Shown piece after piece: positions 12,024 to 21,352 of a stretch of DNA of 64,000 nt; within the stretch, counting starts at the first letter, position 1; the number at the start of each line of letters is the position of its first letter. The stretch comes from an uncultured Candidatus Binatia bacterium (GTDB taxonomy: Bacteria; Desulfobacterota; Binatia; UBA9968; JAJDTQ01): NCBI GenBank assembly GCA_964291295.2, contig OZ219754.1:2912001-2976000 (forward strand), given 5' to 3'. The notes beneath the pieces are model-generated. The model was not told the origin of the DNA. It made no database searches and worked only from the letters and a program-made list of their open reading frames with translations. Both the position numbers and the translations under genes were made by a program.

Positions 12024-13616
12024 CTACACCTTGCGCCGCTGGCCCAGCAGATAGTCCACAAGCAGGTACTGTCCCAGACGGTCGGGTCGGGTATAGAAGG
12101 CACGCCCCTTGTTGAGGCGGGTCATCTCGTCCACGAAACCCTTCAGCACCGGACTGTCGTCCAGCATGAAGGTGTTGATGGTGATGCCCCGCCGGGTGAC
12201 CCGTTTCGCCTCCTTGAGGGTCTCCTCGGCCGCGCGCTGACTGATGCCGCCGAAGCTCAGCGGCCATTCGCAATAGAGCCGCCCCTGACGGCAGTAGGCC
12301 GTGGGCTGGCCGTCGGTGATGACGATGATCTGCTGATTGCGGGTCGAGTTCCGTTTCTTCAACAGGTCGATGGCGAGGTGGAGTCCATCCTGGAGGTTCG
12401 TGAAGGGGTCTCCCATGTTCCACGTCGCTTCCGGCAGATCCTTCGCCTTCAGTTCCACCGCCCGGGTGAAGAAACCGACGATGCCGAAATAGTCCTGGGG
12501 ATACCTGGAGCGGCACAGGGACTCCATGGCCAGAGCCACCTTCTTGGCCGCGGCGAACCGGCCGTCCCAGCTCATGGACCAGCTCATGTCCAGCAGCAGA
12601 ACCGTGGCGGCGCGGGTCGAGTACTGAGAGTCGAAGACCCTGAAGTCGCCCGGGTCGAGGCTCAACGGCAGCTTCGCCTCGCGCCGCAAGGCGGCTCGCA
12701 TCGTCTCGTTGAGATTCAGATTGAGGGAATCGCCGGACATGTAGGGCCTGCTCGACTCGGGCACGACCTCCCGGGAGCCGGGCCGGTCCATCTGATGCCG
12801 GCCGGCGGCGTCGCGGCCGAGCTGCCGGTAGATGTCCCGCAGTGCGATCTGACCGATCCGCCGGACGCCCCGCGGCGTCAACTCGAAGTGGTCGCCCTTG
12901 TCGGCGACATAACCGCCGTCCTCAAGGGACGACTCCAGCCGCAGGATCCCCTCGTAGTCCTCCCGCGCCTGCGCCCCCAGCAGGCTGTTCAGGAGGTCCA
13001 TGTTCACATCCCTGAGCTGACCGCCGGAAAGCTGACCCTCCAGACTCTGCAGCCTCTCCATCCGCTCCTGGAGTTCCGAGGCCTCCTCGAAGTTCAACGA
13101 TTCCTGACCCCTGAACAGGTTTCCCTCACGTCGAACATAGTTTTCGAGCCGGCGAATCCTGTCCAGCTGGGAGAGTATCTCCTCGAAATCCCTCTTTGCC
13201 TCCGGGTTCTCGAAATCGTAACCCGCCAACCGCTCGATGGCCTCGCTCAGACGGGGTGGAAGGTGCTGGAGGAACTCGTCCTTCTTCTCCGCCTGCACCC
13301 GGTCCGGGTGTTGCTGCAAGGTCTTGCGCTCGCTGGCGACCAGCTCCTGAAGCTTCTGCTGGACCTCGTCGAGTGCCGAGCGGATCTGGTACTGCTCGTA
13401 AATCCGCCGCTTTTCCCGGGCCACCTGCGACAGCAGGTCTTCGAGCCCGGCGATGCGCTCTTCGTCCTCTCCCATGCCGCGCTGCATCAGGCGGCGCATG
13501 GATTGTTGCAGATCCCCCGTCTCGTCAAGGTGTTCGTTCAATTGGTCGAACACCTCGTCCGGGCGCATGGACCTGTCCTGGATTCCGTTCCAGCGGCTGT
13601 AGCGAGCTTGGGTCAT
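12024..13616 (-). CDS. VWA domain protein, partner of adjacent AAA+ ATPase
   Basis: MIDAS DMSWSM, ITDGQPT; helical N-terminal region. Confidence 0.85.
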   Translation of the reverse strand: MTQARYSRWNGIQDRSMRPDEVFDQLNEHLDETGDLQQSMRRLMQRGMGEDEERIAGLEDLLSQVAREKRRIYEQYQIRSALDEVQQKLQELVASERKTLQQHPDRVQAEKKDEFLQHLPPRLSEAIERLAGYDFENPEAKRDFEEILSQLDRIRRLENYVRREGNLFRGQESLNFEEASELQERMERLQSLEGQLSGGQLRDVNMDLLNSLLGAQAREDYEGILRLESSLEDGGYVADKGDHFELTPRGVRRIGQIALRDIYRQLGRDAAGRHQMDRPGSREVVPESSRPYMSGDSLNLNLNETMRAALRREAKLPLSLDPGDFRVFDSQYSTRAATVLLLDMSWSMSWDGRFAAAKKVALAMESLCRSRYPQDYFGIVGFFTRAVELKAKDLPEATWNMGDPFTNLQDGLHLAIDLLKKRNSTRNQQIIVITDGQPTAYCRQGRLYCEWPLSFGGISQRAAEETLKEAKRVTRRGITINTFMLDDSPVLKGFVDEMTRLNKGRAFYTRPDRLGQYLLVDYLLGQRRKV

Positions 13617-13700
13617 GACCCGTGAAACGCGGTCGCCCGCTCCGGTGCGTACTTGGGCCCGAGCCGGCCCGAGAGCCCCCTCAAATGGCTTTCGGGGGGA

Positions 13701-15158
13701 TCACTTTCCGTAAGTGATTCGGCCACCTGTGGCTTCCTTGTTGAGCTTCTGGTGGAGATGCAGGCCTTCCAGCACCAACTCGGTGGCGGAGGCCAGGAAG
13801 CCGGGTGAATCCACGTCGCCCAGGGAACGGACGGCTTCCTGCAGACCCGGTATCTCCTTGATTCCCTCAAGGTAGTCCTCCGAGCGCATCTCATCGGAAA
13901 CCTCCACGCCCCAGCCCGCATTGAAATACTCCACGACGCTCTGGAGCGCGTTGACGTCGATGCGGGTGTCGAAGGTCTTGAGTATCGCGCGGTTCAACAG
14001 CCGCTCGATCAGTTCTTCCTCGTTCTTGTCCTCACCCACGTATTCCACCTCGATCTTTCCGCAGGTGGAGGGAAGCACCGCGTGGAGATCGCTCACCCGC
14101 GGCACGATGTCGGTCTCGCCCAACCGCAACGCCCGCTTCTCGGCGTTGCTGATCATGCTCTCGTAGTTGTTGATGCTGACCCGCACGCTGACGCCGGACG
14201 ACTGGTTTATCTCGCTCGAGTTGCGTGCCTCGAAAGTCAGTTGGCCAAGGACCTCCTTCATGAACTCCGGAATCGTCACCGCGTGGCTGCGGTGGTCCAG
14301 CGACGCCGACTCCTGCTCCATGATATCGATCTCGTGCTCCACCTCGCGGGGATAGTGGGTCCTGATCTGCACGTCGAAGCGGTCCTTCAAGGGAGTGATG
14401 ATACGGCCGCGGCTGGTGTAGTCCTCGGGGTTCGCGCTGGCCACGATGACCACATCAAGGGGAAGACGGACCTTGTACCCCTTGATCTGGACATCCTTCT
14501 CCTCCATCAGATTGAAAAGCCCGACCTGCACCTTTTCCGTCAGGTCCGGCAGCTCGTTGACGGCGAACACACCCCGGTTGGTGCGGGGAATCAGACCGTA
14601 GTGGATGGTCTCCTCGTCGGCCAGATAACGCCCCTCCGCCACCTTGATGGGATCGATCTCGCCAATGAGATCCGCTATGGAGACGTCCGGGGTCGCCAGC
14701 TTTTCGCCGTATCGTTGCTCCCGGCCGATCCACTCCACCTCCAGGTCGTCGCCTTTCTCGACCAGACGACGCCGGCACGGAGCGCAGATCACGCGGAACG
14801 GATCGCAGTTGACCTCGCAATCCTTCACCCTGGGAATCTTCTCGTCCAACAACATCGTGAGCCCGCGGATGATGCGCGACTTGGCCTGGCCCCGCTCCCC
14901 CAGAAAGACCATGTGGTGACCCGACAGGATCGCGTTCTCGATCTCCGGAATCACCGTCTCGTCGTAACCCACGATGCCCGGCAGGATCCGTTCCCCGGAC
15001 TTCAGAAGAGCCGTGAGATTGTTGCGCATCTCGTCGCGCACGGAGCGCACGACGATTCCGCTGCTTCGCAGTTCGCCCAGGGTGTTGATGGACTCCACGC
15101 CTATACCTCCCGCCAAGCCCTTTGATCCCATGGCTGTCCTGCCCGGAGCCTCACCCAT
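13701..15158 (-). CDS. AAA+ ATPase (Mg-chelatase ChlI/MoxR-related, Rv0958-like)
   Basis: Walker A variant GERGQAKS, Walker B variant FAVNELPDL, SANPEDY, PLKDRF; exact start uncertain. Confidence 0.83.
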   Translation of the reverse strand: MGEAPGRTAMGSKGLAGGIGVESINTLGELRSSGIVVRSVRDEMRNNLTALLKSGERILPGIVGYDETVIPEIENAILSGHHMVFLGERGQAKSRIIRGLTMLLDEKIPRVKDCEVNCDPFRVICAPCRRRLVEKGDDLEVEWIGREQRYGEKLATPDVSIADLIGEIDPIKVAEGRYLADEETIHYGLIPRTNRGVFAVNELPDLTEKVQVGLFNLMEEKDVQIKGYKVRLPLDVVIVASANPEDYTSRGRIITPLKDRFDVQIRTHYPREVEHEIDIMEQESASLDHRSHAVTIPEFMKEVLGQLTFEARNSSEINQSSGVSVRVSINNYESMISNAEKRALRLGETDIVPRVSDLHAVLPSTCGKIEVEYVGEDKNEEELIERLLNRAILKTFDTRIDVNALQSVVEYFNAGWGVEVSDEMRSEDYLEGIKEIPGLQEAVRSLGDVDSPGFLASATELVLEGLHLHQKLNKEATGGRITYGK

Positions 15159-15450
15159 CCTCGGCGGCCAGGCCCTGGTTGACCCGCAGGCGAAGCTCCT
15201 TGCCGACCTTGAAAAAAGGAACTCTCTTGGAGGACACGGACACGGTCTCGCCGGTCTTGGGGTTGCGGCCGTCCCGCGCCCGCCGGTGCTTGACCACGAA
15301 ACTGCCGAAACCCCGGATCTCGATACGCTCCTCCCGCTGCAGGGCGGCGACCAGGGAATCGAAGACGGTGTGGATGATCACCTCCGCATCAAGACGCGAC
15401 AGGTGGGGAAACCGGTCGTTGATTTCTTCGATCAGGTCTCGCTTTGTCAT
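15151..15450 (-). CDS. ihfB: Integration host factor beta subunit
   Basis: MTKRDLIE, IEIRGFGSF, GRNPKTGE, PFFKVGKELR; directly after rpsA. Confidence 0.92.
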   Translation of the reverse strand: MTKRDLIEEINDRFPHLSRLDAEVIIHTVFDSLVAALQREERIEIRGFGSFVVKHRRARDGRNPKTGETVSVSSKRVPFFKVGKELRLRVNQGLAAEDG

Positions 15451-15482
15451 GCAGTTCCCCGACACGCCGGGTCCGCGGCAAC

Positions 15483-17366
15483 CTAGGCCTTGTCCTTCTC
15501 GCGGTCCTGCGTGTCGGTCTCCGGGCGCGCTTCCCGGTCCAGCTTCAGTTCCTCATTCAGGATGGTCTCGAAAGAGAACCGGCCGGCCTCCTTTTCCCGC
15601 TCCAGATAGGTCTCCAGCTCCTCCCGTTCCTCCGACTTCTTGAGTGCCCGTATGCTGAGCCCGATCTTGTGTTCCTGAAGGTCGATGTTGACCACTTCGG
15701 CCTCCACCATGTCGCCCACCTGGTAGAGGCTCGATGGCTTGTCCACGTGCTCGGTGCTGAGTTGCGAGACATGGATCAGCCCTTCCACACCCTCGGCCAC
15801 GCGTACGAACAATCCGAAGTCGAGAACCCGGACGACCGGGCCGGTGACCCGGGAACCGGGCGGGTGTTCCTTGACCACGCGCTCCCAGGGGTCCAGGGTC
15901 AGCTGCTTCACTCCCAGCGAGAACCGCTCCACCTGCGGGTCGACGCCCAGCACCTTGGCCTCGACGACATCCCCCTTCTTGTAGAGTTCGGAGGGGTGCT
16001 TGATCTTCCTGGTCCAGTCCAGATCGGAAATGTGCACCAGCCCGTCGATGCCCTCTTCGATTCCGACGAAGACCCCGAAGTCCGTGATGTTCCGCACCGG
16101 ACCCTTGACGACGCTGCCCTCGGGATACTTCTCCTTCGCCAGGAACCATGGGTTCGGCAGCACCTGCCTCAGGCCCAGCGAGATGCGCCGGCGCCCCGGG
16201 TCCACGTTCAGGACCATGGCCTCCACGGTCTCTCCCACCTGGACCACCTTGGAGGGATGCGAGAGCTTCTTTGCCCAGGACATCTCCGACACGTGGATCA
16301 ATCCCTCCACCCCCTTCTCCAGCTCCACGAACGCGCCATAGTCGGTCAGCCCCACCACCTTGCCCGTGATCTTCGAATCGACCGGATACCGTTCCGACAC
16401 CGACTCCCAGGGATCCGGCGTGATCTGCTTCATTCCCAGGGAGATGCGCTCCCTGTCCTTGTCGAACTTGAGTACCACCACACGGAGAGTCTCACCCAGA
16501 CTCAACATGTCGCTCGGATGGTTGACGCGGCCCCACGACATGTCGGTGATGTGCAGGATGCCGTCGATGCCGCCGACGTCCACGAACGCCCCGTAATCGG
16601 TGATGTTCTTGACCACCCCCTCGAGAATGACCCCCTCTTCGAGAACCGCGAGGGTTTCCTTCTTGAGCACCTCCCGCTCCTTCTCGAGCAGCACCTTGCG
16701 CGACACCACCACGTTGTCGCGCATCCGGTTGTACTTGAGAATCGTGAAGCGGTCCCGCTTGCCCACGAACTGGTCGAGATTTCGGGTGGGCCGAATGTCC
16801 ACATGGGAGCCGGGAAGAAAACCGTCGACTCCGACGTCCACCTTGAAGCCGCCCTTGACCCGGGCGACGATGGTCCCCTCAATGGGCGTCATCTGCTCGT
16901 GCGCCTTCTCGATCCCGTCCCACACCTTGATGCTCTCGGCCTTCTGGCGCGACAGCACGATCTCGCCCCGATCCCCTTCGGGCGATTCGAAGAAGACGTC
17001 CACATCGTCGCCGAGCCCCACCCGGAGCTTTCCTTCGCGATCCTGGAACTCCTGAACCGGAATGCGGCCCTCGGTCTTGTAGCCCACGTCCACGACCACG
17101 TGGGTCGGGTTGATGTCAACGACCTTGCCGTTGACCACCCCCCCCGGCTTCACCGTCTGCAGACTCTTCTCGAACAGGGACTCGAAATCGTCCTCGGCAA
17201 CCGGATCCTGCTGGTCCCGCGGAGGCTCCCGGACCTCGGCGGTTTCCCGGACCTCAGCGGTTTCGTGGACCTCAGCGGTTTCGTGGACCTCGGCGGTCTC
17301 CCGAGCCTCCTGAGTCGCCTGGACCTGCGCCGTCTCCCCGCTCTTGTTTCCCTCGCCTTCCGTCAT
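15483..17366 (-). CDS. rpsA: 30S ribosomal protein S1
   Basis: Six S1 repeats (YGAFV, DGLVHISD etc.); cmk-rpsA-ihfB synteny. Confidence 0.97.
   Translation of the reverse strand: MTEGEGNKSGETAQVQATQEARETAEVHETAEVHETAEVRETAEVREPPRDQQDPVAEDDFESLFEKSLQTVKPGGVVNGKVVDINPTHVVVDVGYKTEGRIPVQEFQDREGKLRVGLGDDVDVFFESPEGDRGEIVLSRQKAESIKVWDGIEKAHEQMTPIEGTIVARVKGGFKVDVGVDGFLPGSHVDIRPTRNLDQFVGKRDRFTILKYNRMRDNVVVSRKVLLEKEREVLKKETLAVLEEGVILEGVVKNITDYGAFVDVGGIDGILHITDMSWGRVNHPSDMLSLGETLRVVVLKFDKDRERISLGMKQITPDPWESVSERYPVDSKITGKVVGLTDYGAFVELEKGVEGLIHVSEMSWAKKLSHPSKVVQVGETVEAMVLNVDPGRRRISLGLRQVLPNPWFLAKEKYPEGSVVKGPVRNITDFGVFVGIEEGIDGLVHISDLDWTRKIKHPSELYKKGDVVEAKVLGVDPQVERFSLGVKQLTLDPWERVVKEHPPGSRVTGPVVRVLDFGLFVRVAEGVEGLIHVSQLSTEHVDKPSSLYQVGDMVEAEVVNIDLQEHKIGLSIRALKKSEEREELETYLEREKEAGRFSFETILNEELKLDREARPETDTQDREKDKA
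17228..17299. repeat. 18-bp in-frame tandem repeat x4 (degenerate copies to ~17335) in the rpsA 5' region
   Basis: cccggacctcggcggttt / cccggacctcagcggttt / cgtggacctcagcggttt / cgtggacctcggcggtct, encoding ETAEV(H/R). Confidence 0.9.
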
Positions 17367-17384
17367 GAAACAGTTCTCCCATTC

Positions 17385-18050
17385 TCATTGGATTTCCTCA
17401 TTGGATTTCGCGTTCACTTGATCCAGTATCTTCTCGACCACGGTCGCCGCCGACAGCCGGGTGGAGTCGATGAGCACCGCATCCTCCGCCTTGCGCAAGG
17501 GCGCCAAGGAGCGCTCCCGATCCCGCCGGTCCCTGCGCATGACGTCGGCCAGCGTCTGCTCCAGCGTCAGCCCCGGATCCTTTCCGGCCATCTCCCTGAA
17601 ACGCCTGCGGGCGCGCGTTTCCGGTGAGGCGTCCAGGTAGACTTTCACCTCGGCGTCGGGGAATATCACGGTACCCATGTCGCGACCCTCGGCGACCACG
17701 CAGCCGCTGCGGCCCATGGAACGCTGCAAGTCGGCCATCCGCCGCCTGACGATGCCCATGCCCGAGACCCGGGACGCCATCTGCCCGACCTCGGGCGTAC
17801 GGATCGCGCCGCTCACGTCCGTACCGTCCAGCAGCACCGCTTCGCCGGCGCCAAGGTCCACGTCGGTACTTTCCAGAATCCCTTCCAGATCGTTCTCGTC
17901 GTCCGGGTCCGCTCCGCGGCACAGGACTTTCCATGCCAGTGCGCGGTACATGGCCCCGGTATCGATATAACGATATCCGAGACGCTCCGCCACGGCCCTG
18001 GCTACCGTACTCTTGCCGGCGCCGGCCGGACCGTCGATGGCCACGATCAA
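17385..18050 (-). CDS. cmk: Cytidylate kinase
   Basis: AIDGPAGAGKST, DTGAMYR, EGRDMGTVIFPDA. Confidence 0.96.
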   Translation of the reverse strand: MIVAIDGPAGAGKSTVARAVAERLGYRYIDTGAMYRALAWKVLCRGADPDDENDLEGILESTDVDLGAGEAVLLDGTDVSGAIRTPEVGQMASRVSGMGIVRRRMADLQRSMGRSGCVVAEGRDMGTVIFPDAEVKVYLDASPETRARRRFREMAGKDPGLTLEQTLADVMRRDRRDRERSLAPLRKAEDAVLIDSTRLSAATVVEKILDQVNAKSNEEIQ

Positions 18051-18061
18051 CTATCCTATCC

Positions 18062-19387
18062 TCACTTGGCATGAGGCACAACCGATGCCCCCTGCCCGGC
18101 GGTCCGCCAATTCCTTGTCTTCTCGAGACTTTCAAAAAAACCGGGGAACGATACCCGGACGCACGCTTCGTTCGACAGCGAGACCCCGCCCCGGGCCGAC
18201 AGGCCGGCGACCGCCAGCGCCATGGCCACGCGGTGGTCGCCGTGGCTCTCCACCGACGCGCCGCGGAGCTCTCCGGCACCCTCCACCCGCACATCATCGC
18301 CCCGGACGTCCATTCTCACGCCCATCTTCGAAAGCTCGCGGCTCATGGCGGCGATGCGGTCCGACTCCTTGAAGCGGAGCTCTCCGACGCCGCGAAACAG
18401 CGTGGTCCCCCGGGCCAGCGCCGCGGCCACGAACAGCACCGGATACTCGTCTATGGTGCGGGGCACGAAATCGGACCGGACCTCGATCCCCTCCAGTACG
18501 CCGCCTCTCACGCGCAAGTCGGCCACCGTCTCGCCGGCCTCTTCCCGGGTGCGGGTCACCTCGACGGCCGCGCCCATGGCTCGAAGCACATCGATGACGC
18601 CGCTGCGTGTCGGATTGCAGCCGACTCCCAGGATGGAGACGTCCGACCCCGGTACGGTGGCCGCGGCCACGGCGAGAAACGCCGCCGACGACAGGTCTCC
18701 CGGGACCCTGAGCCGTGTCCCCGAAAGCTCCTGCCCGCCCTTGACCCGCACCGCCCGGCCATCGCTCTCCACCCGGGCGCCGAAACCCCGAGCCATGATC
18801 TCGGTGTGGTCCCGGGACCGGCCAGGCTCCTCGAAGCGCGTCTCGCCCCGGGCCTGCAAACCCGCCAGCAGCACCGCCGACTTGACCTGGGCGCTGGCCA
18901 CCGAAGCGGCATAGTCGATGCCGTGGAGCCGCTGGCCATGAATCTTCAGCGGCGCGCGACCGTCCTGCCCGGTCACCCGGCCGCCCATGCGCGCCAGCGG
19001 CTCGATCACGCGCTCCATGGGACGGGTGCGAAGCGAGCCGTCGCCATCCAGCGTGACCTCGAAGGGGCGCCCCGCCAGGAGTCCCGCCAGCAAACGCATG
19101 GTGGTTCCGGAATTGCCGCAGTCGAGGATGCCCGGCGGCGGCCGCAATCCGTCCCAGCCGTTGCCGGTGATGCACAAGGTGTCGCCCTCGCGCCGAAACT
19201 CGACACCCATGCGCCGGAAGGCCGCCACCGTGCGGGAGTTGTCGGCCCCGCCGGACAGGTTGGCGATGCGCGTCTCGCCCCGGGCCACGGCCCCCATGAT
19301 GACGGCGCGATGGCCGATGGACTTGTCCCCCGGCACCTCAAGCTCCCCCTTGAGGGGATGCGAAGTCTGTTCCACCCGCACCGTCAT
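18062..19387 (-). CDS. aroA: 3-phosphoshikimate 1-carboxyvinyltransferase
   Basis: PGDKSIGHR, DCGNSGTTMRL, SAQVKSA, KESDRI, DHRVAM. Confidence 0.96.
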   Translation of the reverse strand: MTVRVEQTSHPLKGELEVPGDKSIGHRAVIMGAVARGETRIANLSGGADNSRTVAAFRRMGVEFRREGDTLCITGNGWDGLRPPPGILDCGNSGTTMRLLAGLLAGRPFEVTLDGDGSLRTRPMERVIEPLARMGGRVTGQDGRAPLKIHGQRLHGIDYAASVASAQVKSAVLLAGLQARGETRFEEPGRSRDHTEIMARGFGARVESDGRAVRVKGGQELSGTRLRVPGDLSSAAFLAVAAATVPGSDVSILGVGCNPTRSGVIDVLRAMGAAVEVTRTREEAGETVADLRVRGGVLEGIEVRSDFVPRTIDEYPVLFVAAALARGTTLFRGVGELRFKESDRIAAMSRELSKMGVRMDVRGDDVRVEGAGELRGASVESHGDHRVAMALAVAGLSARGGVSLSNEACVRVSFPGFFESLEKTRNWRTAGQGASVVPHAK

Positions 19388-19390
19388 GCG

Positions 19391-20245
19391 CTAGGCGATC
19401 CTTTTCCGGGTGGCCAGGGCGCGCTCGAACTCCCGTTCAAGCCGCGGCCCGTCGTTCCGGCGTATGCAGTCCATGAAGCGCTCGATTCCCCGGGCATGCT
19501 CCCGGAGCCCCTTGAGCACCGCCTCGCGGTTGAGAAGACAGATGTCGCGCCACAGCTCCGGACGGCCGCCCGCGATGCGGGTGGTGTCCCGGAACCCCGC
19601 ACCGCAGTACGCGGCCAGGTCCAGGGAATCCACCTTGCTGCGCTCCAGGGCGTTCACCAGCGCGGAGGCGGCCACGTGGGGCAGATGGCTCACCACGCCC
19701 AGAACCCGGTCGTGGAGCGCCGCGTCCATCAACTCGACCTTCGCTCCCACGCGCCGCCAGAAAGTCCGCAGCCTCTTGACGGCGGCGGGGTCGCTCCTGG
19801 CGGTCGGGGTGATGATGCAACGGCGGCGGGCGAACAGGTCCGCCCGGGCCGCATCCGGCCCCCATTGATCGCTGCCCGCAATGGGGTGGGCTCCGACGAA
19901 GGCCGGGCCCCCCTTCAGCAGTCGCTCCATGTCCGCCACGACTCGGCGTTTCACGCTGCCCACGTCGCTGACCAGGCACCTCCGATCAAGGCGCGGCCGA
20001 AACGACCGGGTCAGCGGCGCGATGGCGTTCACCGGCGTCGCCAGCACGAGAAGGTCCGTCTCCTCGGGAAAAGCCTGCGGGTCCAGGAAATAACGATCCA
20101 GGATGCCGATCTTCCTTGCCCGCCGCAGCGTCTTCCCGTTGCGCCCGTATCCCACCACCTGCTCCACCAACCCTCGTTCCCTGGCGGCCAATGCCAGGGA
20201 GCCGCCGATGAGCCCCACCCCCGCGATCACCATGGTGCGAAACAT
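19391..20245 (-). CDS. tyrA: Prephenate/arogenate dehydrogenase
   Basis: GVGLIGGS, DVGSVK, HPIAGS, SHLPH, GFRDTTRIA. Confidence 0.93.
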   Translation of the reverse strand: MFRTMVIAGVGLIGGSLALAARERGLVEQVVGYGRNGKTLRRARKIGILDRYFLDPQAFPEETDLLVLATPVNAIAPLTRSFRPRLDRRCLVSDVGSVKRRVVADMERLLKGGPAFVGAHPIAGSDQWGPDAARADLFARRRCIITPTARSDPAAVKRLRTFWRRVGAKVELMDAALHDRVLGVVSHLPHVAASALVNALERSKVDSLDLAAYCGAGFRDTTRIAGGRPELWRDICLLNREAVLKGLREHARGIERFMDCIRRNDGPRLEREFERALATRKRIA

Positions 20246-21348
20246 CAGCCGTCCCGGCCTCCTTCACGGACCTGCGCGAGGCAGTCCAGGAACTTCCGGT
20301 TTTCGTCCGGGGTCCCCACGGTCACCCGCACATGTTCGGGAAACTCCGGACCCACGGGCCGGACAATGACGCCCCGGCGCAACAGCGCCTCGAATACCCG
20401 GCCCGCCTCGCCGACCCGCACCAGGAGGAAGTTGGCATGACTCGGCACCCATTGGACCCCCAGGGCCGTCAGGCCCTCGGCCAGAAGGGCCAGACCCCGG
20501 CCGTTCCCCTCCACGCTCCGGCGCAGATGTTCCGTGTCTTCCACCGCCGCCGCGGCCGCCCACTGGGCGGCCGCATTGACGTTGAAGGGTTCCCGCACCT
20601 GGTTCATCATGGCCACGATGTCGGGGCGGGCGACGCCGTAGCCGATACGCAGGCCCGCGAGGCCGTGGACCTTGGAAAAGGTCCGGATGGTCAGGATCGC
20701 CCGGTCGTCCCGGTGGTCGTCGAGGGAATCGGGGTAGTCCGGGTCGGTGGCGTACTCGAAGTAGGCCTCGTCCGCCACCACCAGCACCTCCGGCCCCACC
20801 CGATCGAGAAAGGCCTCCCACTCTCGCCGCCGATAGATGGTGCCCGTGGGGTTGTTGGGGTTGGCCAGGAAGACGCAACGCGTCTCGGGCGTCAAGGCCC
20901 GGGCCATGGCGTCGAGATCGTAGCCGTAGTCCTTGAGCGGCACGGTGCGCGTCACCGCGCCGATGGCATCAAGGGCGAGGCCGTAGGCCACGAAGGTGCC
21001 CCGGGACAACAGCGCCTCGTCCCCGGGCCGCATGAACGTCCGTACCGCCATCTCGATGAGTTCGTTGGAGCCATTGCCGAAGATCAGCCGTCGGGGCTCC
21101 ACCCCGAGCCTGGCGGCCAGCGCATTGCGGAGATGGAAGCAGCCGCCGTCAGGGTAGCGGTGAAGCGCCTCCAGCCGTTCCCGCAACGCGGCCACGGCCA
21201 TGGGAGACGGACCCAGAGGGTTCTCGTTGGAGGCCAGCTTGGCCGACCCCTCAATGCCGTATTCCCGCTCCACCTCGTCAATGGGCTTGCCTGGCACGTA
21301 TGGCACGATGCGCCGGATGTGGTCCGGAACCTGATCGACGATACTCAT
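20245..21348 (-). CDS. hisC: Histidinol-phosphate/aromatic aminotransferase
   Basis: KLASNENPLG, GNGSNE, NPNNPTG, DEAY, RTFSKVHGLAGLRIGY. Confidence 0.93.
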   Translation of the reverse strand: MSIVDQVPDHIRRIVPYVPGKPIDEVEREYGIEGSAKLASNENPLGPSPMAVAALRERLEALHRYPDGGCFHLRNALAARLGVEPRRLIFGNGSNELIEMAVRTFMRPGDEALLSRGTFVAYGLALDAIGAVTRTVPLKDYGYDLDAMARALTPETRCVFLANPNNPTGTIYRRREWEAFLDRVGPEVLVVADEAYFEYATDPDYPDSLDDHRDDRAILTIRTFSKVHGLAGLRIGYGVARPDIVAMMNQVREPFNVNAAAQWAAAAAVEDTEHLRRSVEGNGRGLALLAEGLTALGVQWVPSHANFLLVRVGEAGRVFEALLRRGVIVRPVGPEFPEHVRVTVGTPDENRKFLDCLAQVREGGRDG

Positions 21349-21352
21349 GGAC

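Noticed and set aside
11959-12516. N-terminal extensions in the ORF track (mutS, scpA, glnD, miaA, CoA-transferase beta, ThDP enzyme, NdhL-like) suggesting fusions
   Set aside because: The extensions are off-frame reads of upstream genes; family-typical starts lie downstream
17228-17335. Tandem repeats (also 51032-51074) as CRISPR arrays
   Set aside because: Contiguous in-frame units with no spacers and no cas genes
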